In this document: positions 53,101 to 64,000 of the stretch, piece by piece
Position numbering within the stretch: position 1 is the first letter of the stretch
How the letters are laid out: every line of letters starts with the position of its first letter
Source: Octopus sinensis
Lineage: Eukaryota
Assembly (NCBI RefSeq): GCF_006345805.1
Contig: NC_043013.1
Coordinates: forward strand, 124,001 to 188,000
Length of the DNA stretch: 64,000 bases
Direction of reading: 5' to 3'
Program-made: the position numbers and the translations under genes
Notes under the pieces: generated by a model
Told to the model about the DNA's origin: nothing
Databases searched by the model: none
What the model saw: the letters and a program-made list of their open reading frames with translations, nothing else

Positions 53101-53819
53101 ATAAAGTACATAATGTTAAGTTATAAATAAATATAAATATAAACATAAATATAAAATAAATAAAATACACACACGTTTGAATACTTATATATATAGACAT
53201 ACATATACATACATATATAGATATACATAAATACCTATATATATACTGAAATATACATACATATTTACATCTATAAACATATACAATAATATGTTATTAC
53301 AAATATTGTTAATATTAGATGCATTCTGTTATTCACAATAGATATAATATAGTATATAGAATATAATATATAAACAGATATTTTTGAAAGTTATAAGGAT
53401 AGTCATTTTACAATCAATATATCAATCTATCATAAAGTTATTACAGTTGTGTCAAAACTAACCTGCTTACACATGAGAACATAAAAAAACAACAAAAGCA
53501 TGGAAAACAAACTTTCTTTCGGACAACGAAAGCACCAAATAGAGAAATGAGACAGGCAACATAAAGAACAATCCCTTCATCAGTTGTCCACTGTTTTATC
53601 TAATCCGTGTTTCGAAGGTTAGGACAAGATACGACTTCATTATATATATATATATATACACACACACATACATATATGTGCCCGTGTATATTATATGTAT
53701 ATTATATGTATATTATATTATCTTTTATCTTGTTGCTTGTTTCAGTCATTAGACTGTGGCCATGCTAGGGCACCCTCCTGATGGTACATATTTTCTTTTG
53801 CCTGAGACCTTGGGCAAGT

Positions 53820-54445
53820 ATCATCATCATCTAGCATCTGCTCTCCTTGCTGGCATGGGTCAGATTGTTTGACTGGAACTGGTAACCCTGCACCAGGTTT
53901 CAATCTGATTTGGCATGGTTTCTACAGCTGGATGCTCTTCCTTCTGCCAACCACTCCAAGAGTGTAATGGGTGCTTTTCACATGGCACCAGCATGGCTGC
54001 CAGTTACATCACACCGGTAACGGCCACGTCTATGACTTCATGGGTGCTATTTATATATCACTGGCAATGGCCATGACGACAATTTCACTTGGCTTGATGA
54101 GTCTTCTTCTCAAGCACAGCATATTGCCAAAGGTCTCGGTCACTGGTCATCACCTCCATTTGTCCCAACATTCAAAGACCATGCTTTACCACCTCATCCC
54201 ATGTCTTCCTGGGTCTACCTCTTCCACAGGTTCCCTCCACAGTTAGCGGTCAGCTTTTCTTCACACAACTGTCCTCATCCATACACATCACATGACCATA
54301 CCAGTGCAGTTGTCTCTCTTGCACACCACATCTGATGCCTCTTATGCCCAACTTTTCTCTCAAGACACTTACGCTCTATCACTCATGCATACTAACAGTG
54401 CACATCCAGTGAACTATACAGGCTTCATTTCTCTCAAGCCTTCAC
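53820..54445 (-). mobile_element. RTE-B LINE 3' end including the ORF C-terminus
   Basis: Minus strand LREKLGIRGIRCGVQERQLHWYGHVMCMDED..VEGTCGRGRPRKTWDEVV, followed by the 3' UTR and (GAT)n tail shared with copies at ~43370-43815(+), 47215-47552(+), 56022-56492(+), 61486-61810(-), 62412-62860(-) and 63162-63456(-). Confidence 0.85.
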
Positions 54446-54502
54446 ATGTCCAGTGTGGTAACTCTGAGCAGACCAAAGCCTTGAGAGTGGATTTGGTAGG
54501 TA

Positions 54503-54790
54503 CATTATTTACATTATTTACATTCAACGGATATTTGTCCTCATCTTGTTTGTTGCTAACACAACATTTCAGCTGATATACTCGCCATCCTTCATCAGGT
54601 GTCTTGGGGAAATTTCAAACCTGGGTTCTCATTCTTAAAAAAAAAAAAAACACCTTAGGAATGAAAACCCAGGTTTGAAATTTCCCCAAGACACCTGAAG
54701 AAGGCTGGAGGGTATATCAGCCGAAACGTTGTGTTAACAACAAACAAGATGAGGACAAATATCCATTGAATGTAAATAATGTAAATAATG
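54503..54790. mobile_element. Family A fold-back: two 5'-truncated, head-to-head copies, each with an HHR
   Basis: Arms 54503-54636 and ~54655-54790; plus-strand HHR at 54690-54735 GACAC-CUGAAGA-aGGCUG..CAGCC-GAAAC-GUU-GUGUU (intact); minus-strand HHR at 54558-54603 (GAAAU variant). Confidence 0.88.
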
Positions 54791-54889
54791 AAAATGTTGT
54801 ACTGCTGGCATTCACAGTGGAAGCTCCAATACGAGCATTTCAGAGTGTTTGGGTGTCAATCTGAGGACATGTACCAAAAGTCATAAAAA

Positions 54890-55542
54890 TCAAACATCCA
54901 GTCAACATCATGGTGTTTGGAGTGATCACTAGTGATGTTGATGTTATGCCTCCATTCATCTTCCCACATGGCCTCAGACTCAGCATGGAGGCCTACATCA
55001 AGTGCCTGGAGGAGGTAGTGCTGCCTGGGTTAAGAGAGTGGCTGCTGGAAGACCAACAGGACTCTGCACCATGCCACACAAGCAGGAGAACCCATTCATG
55101 GCTTTCAGACAATTTCTGCGACCACGCCACCTCTAACATCTGGCTACCAAACTCCCCAGACTGCAACCCCCTTGATTATTATGTGTAGGGCGCAGTTGAG
55201 TGAGAGACCAACAAAACTCCTTTGTAACACCAAAGATGAACTGAAGGAAAGGGTTATGGCAGCATTCACCAACTTAAACAAGGAGACTGTCCAGAAGAGT
55301 TGCAGGAGATTTGGAAGTCGTCTGGAGGCCATGGCTAAAGCCAATAACGATTTTATAGAATAAATTTACTCTTGAGTATTTCAAGATATTTTTATGCAAT
55401 TTTGGTAAATGACAGCATCGTCCAACCCATGCCAGCATGGAAAGAAGACGTTAAACAATGATGATGATATCTGTTAAAATGAGATGTCAGTGTTATTTTC
55501 ATTTTTGCATATTTTAGACAACAGTTTATTCACCACACCCTC
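54890..55542 (+). pseudogene. DD37D (maT-family) Tc1/mariner transposase fragment with right end
   Basis: MVFGVITSD..QQDSAPCHTS...WLPNSPDCNPLDYY; 37 residues between the second and third catalytic D; C-terminus SRLEAMAKANNDFIE. Confidence 0.85.
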
Positions 55543-55585
<43 letters not shown>

Positions 55586-57579
55586 TCATCATCATCATCA
55601 TCGTTTAGCGTCTGTTTTCCATGCTAGCATGGGTTGGACGGTTCTACTGGGGTCTGTGAAGCCAGAAGGCTTCATCAGGCCCAGTCAAATCTGGCAGTGC
55701 TTCTACGGCTGGATGCCCTTCCTAACGTCATATATATATTTATATATATATATACATATATATATTTATATATATATACATATATAAAGATATACATACA
55801 CGTGCTAGCACGGAAAACGGATGTTAAACGATGATGATGATGACATATATATATAATTGAGATTCAGTTGAATTAGGTACTGAAGATGAAACACTAAGTC
55901 AGTCCAGTATTATCTATACAGTTCGAAGTAAGGTGAATAAAATCAAAATAAGCAACAGGATATCAAGAAGTGATGCAGTACGACCGTCTCAAGCAGCTGC
56001 ATTTAATTGAACAATGACAGAACCGCCTGACTGGCACCCGTGCTGGTGAGACGTTAAGAACACCATCCGAGCGTGATCATTGCCATGGCCGCTGACTGGC
56101 TCCGATGCCAATGGCACATAAAAAGCACCATTCAAGAGTGATCGTTACCAGCATCGCCTTACCGGCATTGTGCCAGTGGCACGTGAAAAAAGCAACATTT
56201 GAGCGACGTCATTGCCAGTTCCGCTGGACTGGCTCCTATGCAGGTGGCACATAAAACACACCATTTGAGCATGGCCGTCACCAGTACTGCCTGACTGGCC
56301 CTTGTGCCAGTGGTATGTAAAAGCACCCACTACAATCTCGGAGTGGTTGGCGTCAGGAAGGGCATCCAGCTGTAGAAACATTGCCAGATTGGATTGGAGC
56401 TTGGTGCAGCCATCTGGCTCACCAGGCCTCAGTCAAACCATCCAACCCATGCCAGCATGGAAAGCGGACGTTAAACAATGATGATGATGATGATTTTAAC
56501 AGAGCAAGAAAATGGAAGAAATTCATGTTGTAGCTAAGAATAGAATACATTTCCAAGAATTGCATGAAGCCTATTGGGGTCATAGTGTTGTTCCATGAAT
56601 ACATGACACATTCAACCAGTATCCAAAGTTTCAAACAGTTTAGTTAAAAAAATTAAGTAAAAAATCTGTGACAGATTGAATAGATCCGAAAGCGATGCCC
56701 CAGCATGGTCGCAGTCAAATGACTGAAACACGTAAAAGAATAAAAGAATACACACACACACACATATATATACCAGGCTTCCATGTAGTTTCCATCTTCC
56801 AAATTCCCTCACAAGGTATCAGTTGGCCCAGGGCTATAGTAGAAGACACTCACTCAAGGTGCTGTGGAGTGGAACTGAACCCAGAATTATTTGGGAAAAG
56901 AACCAGCTTCTTAAGCACACAGCTAAGCCTGCACCTAGAATAGCATTGATAACTTTAAGGGTGAGTCATGATGGCCACCATTAAAGAGGGTAATGACCAC
57001 CATTATTACTACTACTACTACGATGATGATGATGACGATGATGATGATGATGATGATGATGGCAATGCTGGTCACTGCTTTTCTCTAATTCTTCTTCCCA
57101 TCCCCATCTTTTAGACTAAGCTTTTTTTCTTTATTTCTTTCCATGAAGCTGGATACTTGTTTACACCATGTTCAGTCATGCATTTCCACCCACCCCTCCC
57201 AACACCATCTATGTATTTTAGCTTCTCCATTTGACCTTTGTGACCTTCCTCCCTTCTTATTTCCATGGACCCTTTTCTTGTTGCACCCCCCCCCCCCCCC
57301 GCACCACCACCACCACTACCACCATGCTAACCCTTCCTTTCCTCTTTAGCTCTGACCAGAAACATATTCAGGTGGGTCTCAAGGATCTCAATCAACCTTT
57401 GTGTGTGTGTGTGTGTACATATATTCATACATACACACACACCCACAAACATGCATACATACATACACACACACACAGAGTCAGGCAGACCAATGGAGAG
57501 ATTCTATATTAATCTTTATGTGAAAAGTGTTCACTTATGGATGCCTTTATACATGTCTTTGACAGTGCTTCGCTCTCTC

Positions 57580-57622
<43 letters not shown>

Positions 57623-57858
57623 GATATATATATATATATACTCTTTACTCTTTTACTCTTTTACTTGTTTCAGTCATTTGACTGTGGCCATGCTGGAGCA
57701 CCGCCTTTAGTCGAGCAAATCGACCCCGGGACTTATTCTTTGTAAGCCCAGAACTTTTCTATCAGTCTCTTTTGCCGAACCGCTAAGTGACGGGGATGTA
57801 AACACACCAGCATCGGTTGTCAAGCAATGCTAGGGGGACAAACACAGACACACACAAC

Positions 57859-57939
<81 letters not shown>

Positions 57940-57940
<1 letters not shown>

Positions 57941-58363
57941 TCTTTTACTCTTTTACTTGTTTCAGTCATTTGACTGTGGCCATACTGGAGCACCACCTTT
58001 AGTTGAGCAAATCAACCCCGAGATTTATTCTTTGTAAGCCTAGTATTTATTCTATCGATTTCTTTTGCCGAACCACTAAGTTACGGGGACGTAAACACAC
58101 CACCATCGGTTGTCAAGCGATGTTGGGGGACAAACACAGACACACAAACATACACACACACACATACATATATATACATATATATATATATAGATATATA
58201 CGACAGGCTTCTTTTAGTTTCCGTCTACCAAATCCACTCACAAGGCTTTGGTTGGCCTTGGGCTATAGTAGAAGACACTTGCTGAAGGTGCCACACAGCG
58301 GGACTCAACCCAGAACCGTGTGGTTGGTAAGCAAGCTACTTACCACACAGCCACTCCTGCACC
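57940..58363 (-). mobile_element. tRNA-derived SINE family S1, full length, preceded by a partial copy at 57640-57860
   Basis: Reverse complement of the S1 consensus from head to (AAGAGTA)n tail. Confidence 0.85.
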
Positions 58364-58383
58364 TATAAATATATATACATATA

Positions 58384-59018
58384 CTAGCAGTATCGCCCGG
58401 CGTTGCTTGGGTTTGTAAGGGAAATAACTATATAAGCATTTTTAGAGAGTTATAGCCAAAAAATAGCAAAAAATGCATTAAAAATGGAAAAAATATGATG
58501 GTAAATTTTTTTTTTAAATCGTTGACTCATCGTAGACATTTTTAGAGAGTTACTTCCCTTATATAATAGCGAAAAAATGCATTAAATGGAAAAAAAAAAC
58601 GATGGTGAATTTTTTTTTAAATCGTAGACTCATGTAGACGCTTTCTTAGCCATTTCTGTTTTGGTGTCTTCAAGCCATGAAGTCGTTGTTCTAAAAGAAC
58701 ACTGGTCTCCTTGACAACGCATTACGACGTTGATTTCCTTACACTCCCTTCCCCACAGGTGCTGGTGTGAGCGTGGACGCCACACTCCGCCGCCATCGAC
58801 ACACGAAAATTATGCATAAAATGGAATAAAAAATGATGTTAAATTATTTTTAAAATCGTAGACTCATCGTAGACGCGCGCTAATACTCAGACGGGCTCGA
58901 TATGAATCACGACTATAAGCTACCCGAATTTGGTTAAACTGTACCGCAAAATGTGGGAGTAAGGAATCTAAATCGAAGGGGACAGACACTCACACAACTA
59001 CAGTTTTATATATATAGA
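58384..59018 (-). mobile_element. Non-autonomous Helitron
   Basis: Minus strand A|TCTATATATATAAAA... subterminal hairpin CCCAAGCAACGCCGGG ...ACTGCTAG|T; 5'-TC and CTAG-3' ends in an AT target; internal ~120-bp direct repeats. Confidence 0.85.
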
Positions 59019-59709
59019 TATACATAGCGCAGTAGTGGTGAGATATGACAGCAAAGAAAAGCATACATTCACTCTCTGCATGCAATTAGACTCGGAAAGT
59101 TCGTGAGGAACCCATTGACCCAATTTGCTGACTTTTCCGATAGCACACAGGTGTCAATGAATGGTTGAATGACCAAATCCAAGCTTCTCTGCTAGTTCCT
59201 CAACAGTTACGATGATATTTTGTTCCACCAGGGTTTCACAGGATGTCCTTGTCGAGTTCTACAGATCTTTCAGGATGAGGCTCGTCTTCTAGGCTGTAGT
59301 TTATGGCTCAGGATTTCTGGAACCACCATTGACACTGCCTTACGCTTAAAGCCAATCCCCATATACTGCATTAATATTTCTTGTACTTTGCACACATTTA
59401 TATTCTGTTATTCTTTTATATGTTTCAGCCTTGAGGTTGTGGCCATGCTGGATCATGTGTGTGTGTGTGTGTGTGTGTGTGTCTATCTGTCTGTCTGTCT
59501 GTATGTATATATGTTATGTATGTGTGTGAACAATAATATTTTTCAACAGATGTGTTGCAAATGTATCTGATTGTTCTCAAGCTTCAATACTGTGTGTGTG
59601 TTGTATGTGGTGTGTATGTATGTATGTATATGTATTTGTATGTATATGTATGTATGTATGTATGTGTGTATGTATGTATGTATGTGTGTGTATGTATGTG
59701 TTGTGTGTA

Positions 59710-59740
<31 letters not shown>

Positions 59741-60521
59741 ATGTATGTATGTATGAGTGTATGTTTACTTTATTACTAATTACTCTCTTCCAAGAACATT
59801 TTCACTCACTCTTAGCTCTTAGCTTCCCATACATTTTACTCATGTATCTATCAGCGTCATAGACAGAATACTTTCACTTTAGTCTTCCTCAAATCACTCT
59901 GTCGCTATTTACTTTCATTTTATTCGTTGCCCACTGTGTGTGTGCGTTTGCGTGTGGTGTAAACCAGACTAAGAAAAGCATTTGACACACACACCAGAAT
60001 GTGAGTTTTCTGTAAATTTTGCTTAATTGGAGTTTAAATTTTAAAAACTGGACCTGGCATGACGCGATGCATTGTACTCTTAAAAATGCTATGTAAATTG
60101 TAATTGAAGAAATCCTATATTGTAGATTTGTATAACTCCCAAAGGGAGGCAGATAAAATCTGCCTTTTATAATAAGAGATACATACACACACACATATAT
60201 CATCATCATCATCATCATCGTTTAATGTCCATGGGTAAAATTAATTAATTAGTAATTAATAATTCCACCAAATAGTATTCAGCATGTTAAAAGGACCATT
60301 TTCGGTATATTTAAACAATGTGTTTTTATAATTATGAGTATAATTATAATTAGGGTTCAGCAAAAAAATTTGCTTAACCACATACCGAACTTTAGAAATA
60401 GCAACCCAAAAACTTAGCTATTTCTTCTACTATAAGAAGCAACTCCCAGACAACATATACTTAAACCAACCAACGTAGGCATAGAGGAAAAAAACAACAA
60501 AAATTCACTCAGTATTAGATT

Positions 60522-60604
60522 ATCTGTGGACGCGTTTCTGAGTTAGATATGGAAATGCAAAATTCACATTTTACATTCAATCATTCTCTTCATCAGCACA
60601 AGAT
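60522..60604 (-). ncRNA. Minimal type-I HHR (family F, intact core)
   Basis: Minus strand AUCUUGUG-CUGAUGA-aGAG...CUCa-GAAAC-GC-GUC-CACAGAU; ACGCGU palindromic stem III. Confidence 0.8.
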
Positions 60605-60662
60605 TTCAAGCTTTTAAATTTGAGAGCACTAAAAATATTAAACATACCTATATATATATATA

Positions 60663-61460
60663 TATACAATAATATGTTACATTACTCGATAGTCAAGATA
60701 AAACTCTGAGTTTCAGATGCCGAAGTGGAAATCCACAACACCATCTCTTCGGTTATCTGGCTATTTGAAAACGCTATGAAAAAATACCGTTATATAAAGG
60801 GAAATTACTGTGTTATAACTCTGCTTGCCTGCGTACTTATACATCGCTCGCATTTTTCGTCATAAAGATTATATAAAAATACATTAAAAATATATAAAAA
60901 TATATAAATCTTCTTGGACATAACATAGAAAGCATGTTCTATCTGTTTTCTTTAGGGGACCAAAACGTAACAGAAATTTAGTCACATGTGGCATGATCCG
61001 AAAAGCAGCTTAGACCCTACTACATGTCTAAACACAAGGACAGAGCTTTTCGGATCATGCCCACATGTGACTAAATTTCTGTTACGTTTTTGGTCCCCTA
61101 AAGAAAACAGATAGAACATGCTTTCTATGTTATGTCCCAAGAAGATTTTATATATTTTTATATATTTTTAATGTATTTTTATATAATCTTTATGACGAAA
61201 AATGCGAGCGATGTATAAGTACGCAGGCAAGCAGAGTTATAACACAGTAATTTCCCTTTATATAACGGTATTTTTTCATAGCGTTTTCAAATAGCCAGAT
61301 AACCGAAGAGATGGTGTTGTGGATTTCCACTTCGGCATCTGAAACTCAGAGTTTTATCTTGACTATCGAGTAATGTAGCATATTATTGTATAGATAAATT
61401 TCCTCTATTTACATAATATTGAGGTTTCTTTCTTTCTTTTGTTATCTTACCGTTTTACCA
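60663..61460. mobile_element. Family G fold-back insertion: ~345-bp arms, 38-bp spacer, unpaired 3' tail, HHR in each arm
   Basis: Arms 60663-61006 and 61045-61392; HHR at 61298-61358(+) GAUAA-CCGAAGA-GAUG..CAUC-U-GAAAC-UCAGA-GUU-UUAUC with its mirror at 60697-60757(-); flanked by (TA)n. Confidence 0.88.
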
Positions 61461-62379
61461 ATATATATATATATATATATATATATCATCATCATCATCA
61501 TCATCATCATAGCGTCCGTTTTCCATGCTAGCATGGGTTGGACGTTTCAACTGGGGTCTGTGAAGCCGGAAGGCTTTATCAGGCCCAGTCAGATCTGGCA
61601 GTGTTTCTATGGCTGGATGCCCTTCCTAACGCCAACCACTCCGTGAGTGTAGTGGGTGCTTTTTACGTGCCACCCGCACAGGTGCCAGACAGAGCTGGCA
61701 AACGGCCATGAACGGATGGTGCTTTTACATGCCACCAGCACGGGGACCAGGCAAGGCTGGCAACGGACACAAACGGATGGTGCTTTTACGTGCCACCCGG
61801 CACGGAGGCCAGACGGGGCGGCGCCGATCTGTAGCTCTCCTTTCATCTCCTTCTCTCATACATTAACCCTCACTTAACATAAAGACACCTACCCACCCCT
61901 ACCCCTGTATGGTTCTCTTACAAGCTGTATGGCTACCTCAGCAGTGTCAATGGCATGAATAAAAGCATCCAGCACATGCTGTGGAGAAGTCAGCATTTGG
62001 AAGGGCTTCCAACTGTAGAAGCTAGGCATAATGCAGCATGATGTAATGCTAGACTCATTGGATCTTTGTCTAAACCGTCATGGAACATAGATAACATATG
62101 ATGATGATGATGATGATGATATATGTATGTATGGAGGTATATATATATATACATATATAATATATATCCAGCTGTAGAAATACTGTCAGATCAGATTGGG
62201 ACATGGTGCAGCCTCCTGGCTTCCCAGACCCAAGTCGAACCGTCGAACCCATGCCAGCATGGAAAATTGACATTAAACGATGATGATGATGATAATATAT
62301 ATAATAAATAATATATAATCTATATATATATATATGTATGTATTTATGTATGTATTTATATATATATATATAATTTATT

Positions 62380-62415
<36 letters not shown>

Positions 62416-63123
62416 TCATCATCATCATCATCGTTTAACGTCCGTTCTCCATGCTAGCATGGGTTGGACGGTTCGACCGGGGATCTGGGAAGCCAGAAGG
62501 CTGCACCAGGCTCCGGTCTTATCTGGCAATGTTTCTACAGCTGGATGCCCTTCCTAACGCCAACCACTCCGTGAGTGTAGTGGGTGCTTATTACGTGCCA
62601 CCTGCACTGGTGCCAGACGAGGCTGGCATCGGCCACGGTCGGATTGGTGCATTTTACGTGCCACCTGCACGGAAGCCAGTCGAGGCGGCACTGGCTTCGG
62701 CCACGATTCGGATGGTGCTTTTTACGTGCCACCGACACGGAAGCCAGTCGAGGCGGCGCTGGCATCAGCCATGATTCGGATTGTGCTTTTTACATATCTC
62801 CAGTCCAGGGGTCCTGGCATCTGCCGGGTGCCAGTCATAGGATTGGTTCAACGGAGATGTACTTGCATAGCAAGTGACCTGATTCCAAGATGCAGCATGG
62901 AATTTTGTCAGTGAACAGGTCGTGGTCTCAAAGCGATGAAAATGTTTTGACAAATTATATTTAAATGTGGAAGTTAATCTAATGGATTTTGTGTGTCTCT
63001 TAAATGGCTTACAAACACCTTCCACTCTGCAGCTGTTTTCGTTCCAGCACACGATCTCAGATCAGGTCACTATGCAAGTACATCTCTGTAACATATATAT
63101 ATATATTATTTATTATATATATG

Positions 63124-63155
<32 letters not shown>

Positions 63156-63456
63156 ATATATATCATCATCATCATCATCATCATCATCATTTAACGTCCG
63201 CTTTCCATGCTAGCATGGGTTGGACGGTTCAACTGGGGTCTGGGAAGCCAGAAGGCTGCACCAGGCCCAGTCAGATCTGGCAGTGTTTCTACAGCTGGAT
63301 GCCCTTCCTAACGCCAACCACTCCGAGAGTGTAGTGGGTGATTTTATGTGCCACCGACACAGGTGCCAGACGAGGCTGGCAAACGGCCACGCTCGGATGG
63401 TGTTTTTTATGTGCCACCGACACAGGTGCCAGACGAGGCTGGCAGACGGCCACGCT

Positions 63457-63708
63457 ATGTGACAATTATTCGGTAGCCATGATGAAACTCCGAGTTTCGG
63501 ATGTCGGGGTGGAAATCCACGCTGCCATCTCTTCAGTTATCGGCCAACTGAAGAGATGGCAGCATGAATTTCCACCTCGGCATCCGAAACTCGGAGTTTT
63601 ATCATGGCTACCAAATAATTGTCACATATCACATGTACAGATAAATTCCTCTATTTACATAATATCAAGGTCTCTTTCTTTCTTTTGTTGTCTTACCATT
63701 TCTATCAA
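63457..63708. mobile_element. Second family G fold-back: head-to-head HHRs plus the same 3' tail
   Basis: Palindrome 63457-63627; HHRs at 63481-63541(-) and 63545-63603(+) with CUGAAGA and GAAAC-UCGGA-GUU; tail GATAAATTCCTCTATTTACATAATAT matches 61393-61460. Confidence 0.88.
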
Positions 63709-63718
63709 TATATATATA

Positions 63719-63888
63719 TATAAGTATATGAAAGAATGGAGTTGAACGACTAGATAACAAATATCCTTTATTCTTGACATATGTTTCGAAGGCTGCATAT
63801 TCCTAATTCCGCAGCCTTCGAAACATATGTCGAGAATAAAGGATATTTGTTAACTAGTCGTTCAACTCCATTCTTTCATATACTTATA
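63719..63888. repeat. Near-perfect palindrome (~78-bp arms) containing the 3' half of an HHR (family H)
   Basis: Centre GAAGGCTGC-14 nt-GCAGCCTTC followed by GAAAC-ATAT-GTC (63820-63831) and AATAAA. Confidence 0.85.
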
Positions 63889-64000
63889 ATTTTAAAATAA
63901 ACATACAAATTTCCGCACGAAGACACGTAGTCTATGTCCTAGCGACGTAGCTTCAACTGTGTTCTTTCTTATGTGAATTTGCTACCCAGGTATCGGTTAT

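Noticed and set aside
55630-55685. HHR-like CTGATGA-AGCC..GGCT on the minus strand (similar at ~61540-61585)
   Set aside because: A variant of the RTE-B UTR sequence CCTGGTGCAGCC; GAAA is not adjacent to the stem and neither copy has both core strands intact

Overview
AT-rich, repeat-dense eukaryotic DNA. The SINE types and the (TA)n/(CAT)n/(CA)n microsatellite load suggest an octopod cephalopod; this is inferred, not confirmed. No host protein-coding gene can be called with confidence, and almost all ORFs in the supplied track are microsatellite or repeat artefacts. Recognisable content: one near-intact 5'-truncated RTE-clade LINE RT ORF with a TSD, many 3' ends of a second RTE LINE family, two tRNA-derived SINE families, decayed Tigger/pogo, mariner, Tc1 and DD37D(maT) transposons, hAT- and piggyBac-type MITEs, a non-autonomous Helitron, 83-bp and 42-bp tandem arrays, and a CpG-retaining, repeat-poor domain at about 24.5-33.5 kb. 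The main unexpected signal is 14 complete minimal type-I hammerhead ribozyme (HHR) motifs plus one half motif, from about 8 unrelated sequence families. They follow CUGANGA-stem II-GAAA-palindromic stem III-NUH and mostly lie in fold-back or direct-repeat insertions of Penelope-like/retrozyme type. One family fuses a Pol III tRNA-derived head to an HHR and is flanked by TSDs with an inverted 3' end, making it a candidate Penelope-mobilised, ribozyme-bearing SINE. Coordinates were read by eye and may be off by a few bases.
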